Assembly (NCBI GenBank): GCA_964371785.1
Contig: CAYJOL010000004.1
Location: 185,588-249,587 of the forward strand
Direction of reading: 5' to 3'
DNA length: 64,000 bases
Origin: an uncultured Ignavibacteriales bacterium
Lineage (GTDB): Bacteria > Zixibacteria > MSB-5A5 > GN15 > FEB-12
Shown: positions 1 to 9,054 of the stretch, in pieces
How positions within the stretch are numbered: the first letter of the stretch is position 1
Layout: every line of letters starts with the position of its first letter
Notes under the pieces: model-generated
What the model was told of the DNA's origin: nothing
Databases searched by the model: none
What the model saw: the letters and a program-made list of their open reading frames with translations, nothing else
Position numbers and translations under genes: made by a program

Positions 1-3000
1 GATTCTGCCGGCTTGGGTCCGTGGATCAACCATGCCTTTCACATCAACGCGCCACCACCTGCACCGGCAGTACTCTACCCTCTTGCCGGCTCCTCAGTCA
101 GCCCCTTATCCACCGTCTTGGCTGTCGACAATGTGGCAGATCCCGAAGGGGATTCAGTCAGATATTTGTTCGAGATTTACGAAGACCTGCCACTCACCAA
201 TCTGGCTTACTCCGCCTATGGCATAAAGGCCGGCATCCCATATACCCGGTCACCTGTATGCTCGTTGCTGGTGGCCGGTCGTGACTATTGGTGGACCTGC
301 CGCGCGACTGATGGATATGACACTTCCGTTGCTACCGCCCCGACACTGATCCATACTCACAGTTCTCCGGGTAAGGTCACGGTACCGGGTGATTTCAGTC
401 TGTTACAAGCGGCAGTTTATAATAGTTCTACGGATGATACAATCGAAGTTGCTCCGGGTACATATCAGGAGCCGGTTGTATTTGACAGAAAGTTTGTCAA
501 CTTCCGCTCTTCCGGAGGCAGTGGCGTGACATTTCTTGAATCTGCCTCTAATGACACAAATATCATCACCATAATCGGCGGCCGCGGAAATCTTCCGGTT
601 ATCGACGGCTTCACACTGTCGGCAAAAAACAGAGTACGCGGTATTCGCGCCGCTGGCGGAGGACTTGTTATCAACTGTGACATCGGCGGTGCCAGTGTCG
701 CCGATGGCGCGGGAATTTATCTTGCCTCATCCGGGGTGACGGTGAGAAACTGTCAGATACACGATAATACAGCTTCGAAATCCGGCGGCGGCGTTTACCT
801 GGTTGGCGGAACGGTTGAAAATTGCAGAATATTCAACAATAGCGCGACGATGGGGTCCGGAGTTAACATCTACGGATCAGCGACCATTACACGAAATCTT
901 ATTTACAGTAATCTGGGCGATACCAATTTTGCTGCAGGTGTCTGCATTACCTCTGGCTGCAGCTCCTGCAATGTTCAGCTTGTCAAAAACACGATTGCGA
1001 ACAATTCACGCGGATTGGTTGTAAGAGCCTTCGAGATTGGTTCAATATCGGGCAATATTATCGCGTTCAATGACCACTATGGCTATTGGGATAGCAGTCC
1101 ATATCATGACGCTTACCCCAGATATAACGATTTTTATGGCAACGGCTCCGGCGACACTTCCCGCGACTGGCATGGGATCACCGTGGATCCCCTGTTTGTC
1201 GACACGGTCGGCCATGATTATTCACTGCAAATAGCTTCTCCCTGCATCGATGCCGGTGGTCCGGACACTCTAGTCTATGATCCCGACGGTACTCCTCCTG
1301 ATATAGGCGCAATACCGTATCAGTTTTCCCAGCCAGTTCCAATCCGTATAAATACGGGTATCGACCATATCCGTCACGTCATATCATCTGAGCCGACGTT
1401 CTTCTGGAGTGTGGCCGATTCGCTCCATCGCTCGCAAACAAATTTTGAGATCGAGGTGGGCTCAAGCGCTTATCCCCCAGTCTTCGATTTGTGGAAGACT
1501 GGCCCGGTCATGTCCGACAGCATGTCTGTTGTCTTTGGTGCTTTCGGAGCTTCAGCGCCGCTAAGCGACGGACAGACCTACCGGTTCAGACTCAGGGTAG
1601 GAGTCTCCGATGCCGTCGGCGATTGGCACTACGGTCTTTTCTCCACCAACTCTCCTCCGGGTATCCCCGCACCGATTTCACCTTTGAGCGGCTCGACCAT
1701 CAATTTTTCTAGTGTAAGCCTAATAGTGGACACTGCGGCGAACTACGATTTTGATACTATCTCATACTTCTTTGAGATTTATGAAGACACGGCCAATGAT
1801 ACGCCGCTCGTACAAACCTACAGTGTCCCGATGCCCGGTGTGTCGCCGGCTTATTCCTTGCCCGTCAGAAACTTGCAGGCAGATCACTTGTACTTCTGGA
1901 GAGCGCGCGCCTGGGATTCATTTGAGTACTCGGAATGGTGTCCTTTTCAGTCCTTTCAAACCCGTAGCGGTGGTATCAGACTGGCTGTCCCTCTGCAGTA
2001 TCCCACAATTCAGGACGCTATCGATGCCGCGTCATCGAGCGACACAATTGTAATAAGTCCAGGAACATATGCCGGCCCTGGTAACCGTGATCTTGGTTTT
2101 CGATGGAAAGGAAACATTACACTCTACGCGCCTGCCGGGCCGAATGCGACAATTCTGGATGCAGAAGGGACTTCCGCGGAACCTCATCGTATTGTAAGTC
2201 TTGGAAATTACAGGGAGAGTAACCTTACTTTTGAAGGATTGAGTTTTGTCCACGGACATGCGTCACAAGGCGGGGCAGTCAAGGGCTATCAAAACGGTTC
2301 GCCTCTGAATTTCATAAATTGCACCTTTCGTGACAACCATGCTGTGCAAGGCGGAGCAATTAGCTCGTGGACGCTGAACTTGACACGTTGCCTCTTTTCC
2401 AACAATGAAGCAGAAGGTGAGGGAGGAGCTTTGTTCGGAACTGTCAATGGGGGCCATGTGGACGACTGCCGCTTTATCGGTAATTCCGCAGACTTAGGCG
2501 GCGCAGTTTCTTACGTAGAACAGCTTATATTCAGCAATTGCGAATTTAACAATAACTCCGCCGACTATGGATCTGGCGTTTACCTCAGCCGGGGTTCATT
2601 TACGCTTAATAACTGTCTTATCGTAAACAACAAGGGACCAGTGTTCTACTTGGAAGCGGCTGGAGGGGCTTTCAACTATTGTACAATGGTGAACAACAGC
2701 AGCAACGTCATCGTAGTTGTTGACGCTGGAGCCGTCCTCAACAACTGCGTTAGTGCGTTTAATGCCGGTGCCGCAGCTGTCTGCGAAAGGCCGTTTCCGG
2801 ATTATCCCTGGATTGGGACAGCAACAGCCAGCAACTGCTGCTTCTTTGGAAATGGTAATACGTATGGAGATTGCATAACGAGTCAGACTGACACCAACGG
2901 CAATTTCTCGCAGAATCCCCTGTTCTGTAACCAGACTGATGATTTCCGCCTTCAATATGATTCCCCCTGTGCCACCGCCTCCTCGGATGGCGGTCCGATC

Positions 3001-3339
3001 GGCTATGGATCGGTGGGGTGTCAGACTATCGACGTCGGTGATGACAACCCGCCCTTGGCTTATACATTCGATCTTATTCAAAACTATCCCAATCCGTTCA
3101 ATCCGACAACAACCATAAACTACTCGCTGGCAAGGGCCTCTAACGTCAGGCTGACTGTCTACAATCTGCTCGGTCAGATTGTCATAACCCTGGTCAATGA
3201 GCGACAGAGTGCCGGCAACCATTCGGTCGCGTGGAACAGCACAGACCGAGCCGGTCATCCGGTCGCCAGCGGTGTTTATTTCTACCGCATCACAGCAGGT
3301 GACTTTGTTGCCTCCAAGAAAATGATGCTTCTCAAGTAA
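1..3339 (+). CDS. Secreted parallel beta-helix repeat protein with T9SS-type C-terminal sorting domain (5'-truncated by window edge)
   Basis: Frame 1 is open from nt 1. The track ORF 13..3339 begins at TTG and has no signal peptide, so the N-terminus lies upstream. There are two beta-helix blocks with Gly/Asn-rich turns (GGGVYL, GGAISS, NNSADYGSGVYL), each preceded by a PGTY cap. The C-terminus NYPNPFNPTTTINYSL...GVYFYRITAGDFVASKKMMLLK (nt ~3085-3339) matches the Por/T9SS type-A (FlgD-Ig-like) sorting-domain signature. Confidence 0.8.
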   Translation, partial: DSAGLGPWINHAFHINAPPPAPAVLYPLAGSSVSPLSTVLAVDNVADPEGDSVRYLFEIYEDLPLTNLAYSAYGIKAGIPYTRSPVCSLLVAGRDYWWTCRATDGYDTSVATAPTLIHTHSSPGKVTVPGDFSLLQAAVYNSSTDDTIEVAPGTYQEPVVFDRKFVNFRSSGGSGVTFLESASNDTNIITIIGGRGNLPVIDGFTLSAKNRVRGIRAAGGGLVINCDIGGASVADGAGIYLASSGVTVRNCQIHDNTASKSGGGVYLVGGTVENCRIFNNSATMGSGVNIYGSATITRNLIYSNLGDTNFAAGVCITSGCSSCNVQLVKNTIANNSRGLVVRAFEIGSISGNIIAFNDHYGYWDSSPYHDAYPRYNDFYGNGSGDTSRDWHGITVDPLFVDTVGHDYSLQIASPCIDAGGPDTLVYDPDGTPPDIGAIPYQFSQPVPIRINTGIDHIRHVISSEPTFFWSVADSLHRSQTNFEIEVGSSAYPPVFDLWKTGPVMSDSMSVVFGAFGASAPLSDGQTYRFRLRVGVSDAVGDWHYGLFSTNSPPGIPAPISPLSGSTINFSSVSLIVDTAANYDFDTISYFFEIYEDTANDTPLVQTYSVPMPGVSPAYSLPVRNLQADHLYFWRARAWDSFEYSEWCPFQSFQTRSGGIRLAVPLQYPTIQDAIDAASSSDTIVISPGTYAGPGNRDLGFRWKGNITLYAPAGPNATILDAEGTSAEPHRIVSLGNYRESNLTFEGLSFVHGHASQGGAVKGYQNGSPLNFINCTFRDNHAVQGGAISSWTLNLTRCLFSNNEAEGEGGALFGTVNGGHVDDCRFIGNSADLGGAVSYVEQLIFSNCEFNNNSADYGSGVYLSRGSFTLNNCLIVNNKGPVFYLEAAGGAFNYCTMVNNSSNVIVVVDAGAVLNNCVSAFNAGAAAVCERPFPDYPWIGTATASNCCFFGNGNTYGDCITSQTDTNGNFSQNPLFCNQTDDFRLQYDSPCATASSDGGPIGYGSVGCQTIDVGDDNPPLAYTFDLIQNYPNPFNPTTTINYSLARASNVRLTVYNLLGQIVITLVNERQSAGNHSVAWNSTDRAGHPVASGVYFYRITAGDFVASKKMMLLK

Positions 3340-3699
3340 TCGCTCACAGTCGTTCAAGAAACATCACACCCGCCTGCCAGCACTCTCAAGTCCGTTTCGC
3401 TAATCCGTCCATGAACAAAAGTGGTCAAAAAGGAAGATTTTGATTGAAACATCGCCGCCCAAAGTGTACTTTAATTCCGCTGGTCACTGACGAGCCTGAA
3501 GCACTTGTGTCTCATAGGGATAGCGAGGCCGCCGGCTCGACCCTCGAAAAAACTGAGGGAAGGTGATTGCTTTGCCATGTGAGAAAAGTACGTTGCACGC
3601 CTTTTGTCCGGACCTTGCGGGCCGGTCAAGTGGTTTCAGGATATTGATGAACTTGAATATAGAAATATAGTAAGTGAATAGTGGCACAAAGAACACTGC

Positions 3700-3716
3700 T
3701 TCTGATGAAATCAGAA
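3700..3716. promoter_or_regulatory. Perfect 7-bp inverted repeat TTCTGAT-gaa-ATCAGAA about 80 bp upstream of the efflux operon (candidate operator or small hairpin)
   Basis: Read directly: ttctgat (3700-3706), gaa, atcagaa (3710-3716). It lies in the 456-bp non-coding region before the HlyD-family gene. Confidence 0.25.
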
Positions 3717-3795
3717 AAAGGCAGACACGTACAGTCACGGCGGAAAATCAAACACTCAACGGTGAGTTGCCAATGAAACGAAGGATACGGATAGC

Positions 3796-4761
3796 ATGAC
3801 CAGAGTATCTGACGGAGTCGAAATCGAAGTAGTCGCAAGGAAATCACTGTACCGGCGCAAACGGGTGATCATTCCACTGCTCTCAATGGTTATCGTGGCC
3901 GCTGCGGTATTTGCCTATTGGTATCTTTATCTGCGCGGATATATATCGACTGACGACGCATTTGTCGATGGCGATGCAATCACGATTAGTTCGAAGATCC
4001 TCGGACGAGTTAGGGCGCTGACAGCCGACGAGGGTGATTCGGTAAGCCCCGGTCAGCTTTTAGTGCAACTTGATGACAGCGACCTGTTGGCCCAAAAAGC
4101 CCAGGCGACCGCCGCTTTCCAGTACACACAGCAAAGTGTCCCGGTGGCAAAAATCAATTTAGACAGGGCTGAGGATGATTTCAAGCGCACCTCGATGCAG
4201 TTCAACGATGGTGTTATTACTCGCGAGCAGTTTGATCATGCTCGGCAGGCGCAGGAATTAGCCCGAGCGCAATACCAGGTGGCGCAGAGCCAGGTAAAAT
4301 CATCAGAAGCCCAGTTGGCGGTAATTGAAACTCAGTTATCCCACACCCGCGTTGAGGCTACCTCGCCGGGGATCGTCGCCCGCAAATGGGTCATGGTCGG
4401 CGATGTTGTCCAGGCCGGTCAGCCGATTTTCACCATCTTTGATCTCGACAGTGTTTGGGTTACCGCTAATTTCGAAGAAACCAAGCTTGGTTCCATCAAT
4501 CTGGGTGACAGAGTGGACATCTCTGTGGATGCATATCCTGATCGATCTGTTGCCGGCAAGGTGGCCTTCATAGGAGCCGCGGCCGCATCCAAGTTTTCCC
4601 TCATTCCACCCAACAATGCTTCGGGAAACTTTACCAAGGTCACCCAGCGTGTTCCGGTTAAGATTACTATCGATCCGGACGCGCCGATTTCAAAGGCCGC
4701 TCACATGACCCTCCGCCCGGGCATGTCGGTTGAAGTGAAGATCCTTACGAAGGTAAAGTGA
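3796..4761 (+). CDS. HlyD/EmrA-family membrane fusion protein of an MFS efflux pump
   Basis: 321 aa with a single N-terminal TM (IIPLLSMVIVAAAVFAYWYLYL). This is followed by YISTDDAFVDGDAITISSKILGRV...GDSVSPGQLLVQLD (lipoyl-like hairpin) and a long coiled-coil, as in EmrA. Only a 3-nt gap separates it from the pump gene. Confidence 0.85.
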   Translation: MTRVSDGVEIEVVARKSLYRRKRVIIPLLSMVIVAAAVFAYWYLYLRGYISTDDAFVDGDAITISSKILGRVRALTADEGDSVSPGQLLVQLDDSDLLAQKAQATAAFQYTQQSVPVAKINLDRAEDDFKRTSMQFNDGVITREQFDHARQAQELARAQYQVAQSQVKSSEAQLAVIETQLSHTRVEATSPGIVARKWVMVGDVVQAGQPIFTIFDLDSVWVTANFEETKLGSINLGDRVDISVDAYPDRSVAGKVAFIGAAAASKFSLIPPNNASGNFTKVTQRVPVKITIDPDAPISKAAHMTLRPGMSVEVKILTKVK

Positions 4762-4764
4762 GCC

Positions 4765-6405
4765 ATGACTTTTCCCCGGTGGCGGTCGTTTCGCACGAGG
4801 CTACAACAGGATTACCCTCAGCTCAATCCTGAACACCCGAGCTACCGTTGGTTGGTTTTAGGCTCCGTGATGATTGTGACTTTCATGGCCGTGCTGGATG
4901 CCACGATTGTCAATGTCGCCATCTCGAAACTCATGTCTTCGTTCGGCGTCTCGGTCGACAGCGTTGAATGGGTGCTGACCGCCTATCTGCTGATTTTCGG
5001 AGTAGTTCTCCCCACCTCGGGTTGGCTGGCCGATCACCTTGGATACAAACTTGTGTTTTCGCTTGGCCTTATTCTGTTCACGGTAGGTTCATTTCTGTGC
5101 AGTCTGTCATGGAGTCTCGATGCTCTGATCGCGTTTCGCGTTGTTCAGGGAGCCGGTGCGGGAGTGGTAATGCCGGTGGGACTTGCAATTATCACGCGTG
5201 AATTTCCCCCGGAGAAGCGTGGACTTGCCCTGGCGTTCTGGACTGTCTCCGCCTCGGCGTCGGTCTCCCTCGGCCCCGCCATGGGCGGCTACCTGATAGA
5301 CAATTATTCATGGCACACGATTTTCGATATCAATGTCCCCATCGGCGTGTTCGGCCTCGCGGTCCTTCTGGTCGTACTTCGCGAACAAAAAGCCGCTACC
5401 CGGACATCGTTTGATTTTCTTGGCTTCATTTCGCTGACTGGATTTCTCGCCTCGCTTCTGTTGGCCCTAGCGAGCGGCAATTCCGCATGGAACACCGGCG
5501 GCTGGACTTCCGATTACATCCTCTCCTGTTTCGCTATCTCAGCCGTCTCTCTGGTTGTCTTTTTGACCACAGAGCTTAGTGTCAAACACCCCTTGATAGA
5601 CCTTTCCCTCTTCCGTTACGCGAGCTTCACTATTACTAATTTCGTCGCATTCATGTTTGGCATCGGACTTTTCGGAAGCACGTTTCTTCTGCCGATTTAT
5701 CTGCAGGATTCTCTGGGATACACTCCATTGCAGGCAGGTCTTGTCTTTCTTCCGGTCGGATTCCTGCAGGGCATCTCGGCGCCGCTTGCGGGTCTTTTTT
5801 CCGACCGCTACACGCCAAAAATCCCGGCCTTCATTGGTATGGTTCTTATGGCCGTAACCTTTTTTCAATTCAGCACCCTGTCGTTTCTGACTGAGCATCA
5901 CCAAATTATGCTCCCGCTTTATATTCGGGGCGTCGCCATGGGGATCCTGTTTGCACCGCTGACGACCATGGCTCTCACGGAGATCTCGAATCAGCGGATG
6001 GCGCAGGCATCCGGGCTGCTCAATGTCATTCGACAGATTGGTGGCAGTTTCGGTGTCGCTGTTTTCGGAAGTCTTTTGACCCGGCGCGAGATTTACCACA
6101 CGGCCATTTACGGCCAGCAGATAAATCCGTACTCCGAGACTTTTCGTGAGACTACCATGAGACTCCAGGGCCATGCCGCAAGCACCGGAGGAGGGGCGCT
6201 CGGCCAGTCCGCGGCGCAGGCGAAGGCCTTGCTGGGATCCTTTGTCGCCAATCAAGCGTTTATCCAGGCGGTCGATGATGTCTTTCTGGTTGCCGCCTTT
6301 GTCGTCCTGATCGGTGCGTTACCGATCTTGTTCATTCGAATTCGAAAACACAAAGCCGGCCCTCCCGGGATTCAGTCTAAATCTACCCCGGTTGCGGTAG
6401 AGTAG
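4765..6405 (+). CDS. DHA2-family (EmrB/QacA-type, ~14 TMS) MFS drug efflux permease
   Basis: 546 aa and highly hydrophobic with many TM segments. It carries the MFS motif-A-like SGWLADHLGYKLVF. The size and position between a membrane fusion protein and a TolC-like gene fit an EmrB-type pump. Confidence 0.85.
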   Translation: MTFPRWRSFRTRLQQDYPQLNPEHPSYRWLVLGSVMIVTFMAVLDATIVNVAISKLMSSFGVSVDSVEWVLTAYLLIFGVVLPTSGWLADHLGYKLVFSLGLILFTVGSFLCSLSWSLDALIAFRVVQGAGAGVVMPVGLAIITREFPPEKRGLALAFWTVSASASVSLGPAMGGYLIDNYSWHTIFDINVPIGVFGLAVLLVVLREQKAATRTSFDFLGFISLTGFLASLLLALASGNSAWNTGGWTSDYILSCFAISAVSLVVFLTTELSVKHPLIDLSLFRYASFTITNFVAFMFGIGLFGSTFLLPIYLQDSLGYTPLQAGLVFLPVGFLQGISAPLAGLFSDRYTPKIPAFIGMVLMAVTFFQFSTLSFLTEHHQIMLPLYIRGVAMGILFAPLTTMALTEISNQRMAQASGLLNVIRQIGGSFGVAVFGSLLTRREIYHTAIYGQQINPYSETFRETTMRLQGHAASTGGGALGQSAAQAKALLGSFVANQAFIQAVDDVFLVAAFVVLIGALPILFIRIRKHKAGPPGIQSKSTPVAVE

Positions 6406-6411
6406 GAAAAT

Positions 6412-7719
6412 ATGAATGCACGCATACTGATAGTAACTGCAATCCTTGTCGCACGAGTCGGCATACTCCATGCCGCCGAACCGCCAACGAGTGACTCTCT
6501 GACAATCGACGATGCTGTACATCTGACGCTGGAGAATCATCCCGCCGTTCGACTGGCCAAGTCCGACCTCGCGGCCTCAGATGCCCGTATAGGCATCAGT
6601 GAAAGCTCCAAATACCCGGAAATATCATTGTTCGGCGACTACACGCGTCTCGGTCCTGTTCCATCCATCGATCTCAATAACGAAAAGTTCAATCTGTATC
6701 CGGCCGACAATTTCGACTTCCATCTCGCGCTGAGTAAAACCGTCTATGATTGGGGACGCACCGCGAGCGCAGTCAAATTGGCGCGCACTGCCCGGCAATC
6801 ATCCGAGGACAATGTCGAGGTCGTGGAATTTAATCTGGCCTATCGGACGGCGGTGACGTGTAATGCGATCATGATTCTGCACCAAAATATCGACGTCATT
6901 CAGGAGCAGATCGATGCTCTGAATCAGCATATGGAGGTGGCACAAAAGAAGGTGAAGTCAGGCACTGCAACTGATTTTGACGTGCTCACGACGCGCGTGC
7001 GGGTCGCCGGCGCGAACGATCAGAGAATCGAAACATCCCGCGCCCTGCAAAATCAAGAAATCATTCTCAGGCAATTGACCGGATTGCCGGATGAACAGCC
7101 CATCAATCTCATTGGAGAATTTTCATCGGCGGCAATATCGCTCAACGCGGATTCTTTGATCGGCGCCGCCGAGCTCAACCGCCCCGAAATCATTGTGGCA
7201 CGCGATGCCGAAGCCGTTGCGGCGGTTAAGTCCGACATGACCGCGCTTGGAAAGAAACCGACGTTAGCCGTGAACATTACCACCGGACTCAAAAATGGAT
7301 ACATACCTGACCTCGGTACGTTGAAAGGGAACTATACTGCCGGCCTGTCCGTTAACGTGCCTCTTTACGATGGTTATCGGACCCGTCATCAGCAAGACGA
7401 AGCACGAGCTGAGTTGAATTCCGCCAAAGAGCAGACCAGTGACTTGACCCGACAAGTTATATCCGAGGTCAGGCAGGCGATCACCGGCGTCATTACAAGC
7501 CGCGACAAAATCGACAATGCGGAACTACAGCTCAATCAGGCAGAGCGGGCCCTCGCGATGGCCCGCGCCCGTTACGAAGCCGGGGTCATCACCAATCTGG
7601 ACCTTCTTGATGCGGAGACCGCTTTGGCTCAGGCAAAGCTGGTTCGACTGACCGCTCTCTATGACTACGCAGTCAGTCGTGTAGCTCTCGACAAAGCTAC
7701 CGGCAAGAAGACGTGGTAG
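6412..7719 (+). CDS. TolC-family outer membrane efflux protein
   Basis: 435 aa with a signal peptide (MNARILIVTAILVARVGILHAAEP) and an internally duplicated helix/strand pattern. Typical OMF segments are present (LTIDDAVHLTLENHPAV; LDLLDAETALAQAKL...YDYAVSRVALDKATG). A 6-nt gap follows the pump gene. Confidence 0.8.
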   Translation: MNARILIVTAILVARVGILHAAEPPTSDSLTIDDAVHLTLENHPAVRLAKSDLAASDARIGISESSKYPEISLFGDYTRLGPVPSIDLNNEKFNLYPADNFDFHLALSKTVYDWGRTASAVKLARTARQSSEDNVEVVEFNLAYRTAVTCNAIMILHQNIDVIQEQIDALNQHMEVAQKKVKSGTATDFDVLTTRVRVAGANDQRIETSRALQNQEIILRQLTGLPDEQPINLIGEFSSAAISLNADSLIGAAELNRPEIIVARDAEAVAAVKSDMTALGKKPTLAVNITTGLKNGYIPDLGTLKGNYTAGLSVNVPLYDGYRTRHQQDEARAELNSAKEQTSDLTRQVISEVRQAITGVITSRDKIDNAELQLNQAERALAMARARYEAGVITNLDLLDAETALAQAKLVRLTALYDYAVSRVALDKATGKKTW

Positions 7720-7921
7720 ACTGGAAGCTCTGGCCCGGCTGGGACCTTAGCTGTTCTGTATCTATTTGTTCCATAGGCGGATACAGGCGTTCCGCCAGCG
7801 GCGGTTGAGCTCCTCGGGGAATCCTCATGGTCTCATTCGCCGGACCATCATCGACCGAACATCCATGCCGGTTTTTCGTATATGTGATTGACAGAATTAA
7901 TCATGTTAACGAGATTATTTT

Positions 7922-8934
7922 ATGATGCGCTCATCCGATACACAGCACTTCAAAGAAGTATTACTGGAACGCCGGCGCCTCTTAGACGAGTGGTTTCAGT
8001 CTCCCGTGTCGCTCCGCGGCGACGAAGCAACTCTGGTGCGACAGCTTCTGGCACAGATTCACGAGGCCCTTCGCAGGGTCGATGACGAATCCTACGGGCA
8101 GTGCGAAATCTGTCACGACGAAGTCGAGCGGTATCGCCTTGAGGTCCAACCAGCCACCAGCGTCTGCCTCGGCTGCATCAGCGATAAGGAAAAAGCTGAA
8201 CTTGAAGAAGACCTGTATCTCGCCAGCAAGATTCATCGGGCGCTTCTTCCGCAGACAATCCCGGTCATCAATTCCTTTGACACGGCGGTACGGTCACTGG
8301 CGGCCGGAAGTATCGGCGGGGATTACTATGACTTTCTCGACGGCCCAACGGAAAACCGGTAAGAATTGTGATCGCGGATGCCATGGGAAAGGGTCTGCCG
8401 GCCGGATTGTTGATGTCGAATCTTCAGGGAGCCTTGCGCATCCTGTCTTCGGATATTGCATCGATAAAGCTCTTGGTTGAGAAGCTGAACTCGTGGCTCT
8501 GCCGGAATGTGCCGGTCACCAAATTCGTGTCGCTCGTCTGTCTGGAACTGGATCGAGTCGATGCTGTCGAAACGCGGGTGACCTACTCAAATGCAGGACA
8601 CTGCCCGCCAATCCTCATCAGGAAGAATGGCGATGTTGAACGCCTGGGCGTTACCGGTGGCGTACTCGGAGTCCATGAGAAGTTCGCTTACGAGGAGCAC
8701 AACCAGATTTTGAACTCGGGCGACTTAGTGATGCTCTACACGGACGGAATAGTCGAGGCTGAGGACTGTGACGGCCAACTTTTTGACGAGAGTCGCCTTA
8801 TTGAATTTATCAGGGCAAATCGTGCGGCCCCAGCTGCCAATATCCTCGACAATCTTATCCTGCAAATTTGTGAATTCAGCGGCAGGAAGCAGGCGGACGA
8901 CGACCTCACGGCTATTCTGCTCCGAAAGAAGTAA
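7922..8934 (+). pseudogene. TraR/DksA C4 zinc finger::PP2C (SpoIIE-type) Ser/Thr phosphatase, interrupted by a 1-nt frameshift at an A4 run (8352-8355)
   Basis: ORF 7922..8362 ends ...GGDYYDFLDGPTENR*. Frame 1 reads ...GKPVRIVIADAMGKGLPAG from nt 8350 and continues as ORF 8368..8934. Joined, the two halves give the canonical PP2C core GGDYYDF-x10-IADAMGKG (compare GGDYYDFIEYDDNRIGFLVADVSGKS in the PP2C at 47623..49251). The N-terminal CEIC-x17-CLGC (nt ~8102-8176) fits the DksA/TraR C-x2-C-x17-C-x2-C pattern, including the internal R and P. Confidence 0.75.
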
Positions 8935-9054
8935 CCGCCTTCCGGATGAGCAGCATTTCGACGTTCGCAATCGGGTTTCCCTTGATCAAGTAAGGTCGAG
9001 ATTAATTTCAATTTTACGCTGTCTTTTGCCGGCAGTTACCCTTACCTTGGTTCA

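Noticed and set aside
2596-3357. 253-aa antisense ORF inside the beta-helix exoprotein gene. Similar long antisense or alternate-frame ORFs occur at 5539..6255, 9267..10004, 11196..11906, 15063..15626, 42327..42863 and 50731..51195.
   Set aside because: Each lies wholly within a gene whose product has clear family motifs on the other strand or frame. Their translations are low-complexity (Arg/Gly/Ser-rich), lack recognisable motifs and have no plausible start context. They are typical shadow ORFs.
3487-3494. CTGACGAG in the 456-bp intergenic region, which resembles the CUGANGA core of a hammerhead ribozyme.
   Set aside because: The following sequence provides no proper helix II and no GAAA element, and no complementary helix I or III arms could be found. 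It is a chance match.
3484-3738. 84-aa minus-strand ORF with a hydrophobic N-terminus in the region upstream of the efflux operon. A 100-aa ORF at 33822..34124 and a 61-aa ORF at 16518..16703 in other intergenic regions are similar cases.
   Set aside because: There is no Shine-Dalgarno sequence and no recognisable motif. The composition is typical of random ORFs in AT-richer spacer DNA. Coding cannot be supported from sequence alone.
8351-8357. Possible programmed -1 ribosomal frameshift at G_GAA_AAC joining the two PP2C halves.
   Set aside because: The site is not a canonical X_XXY_YYZ heptamer and I saw no obvious downstream stem-loop or pseudoknot. A single-base homopolymer error or mutation is the simpler explanation. 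It is kept only as an alternative in the finding.
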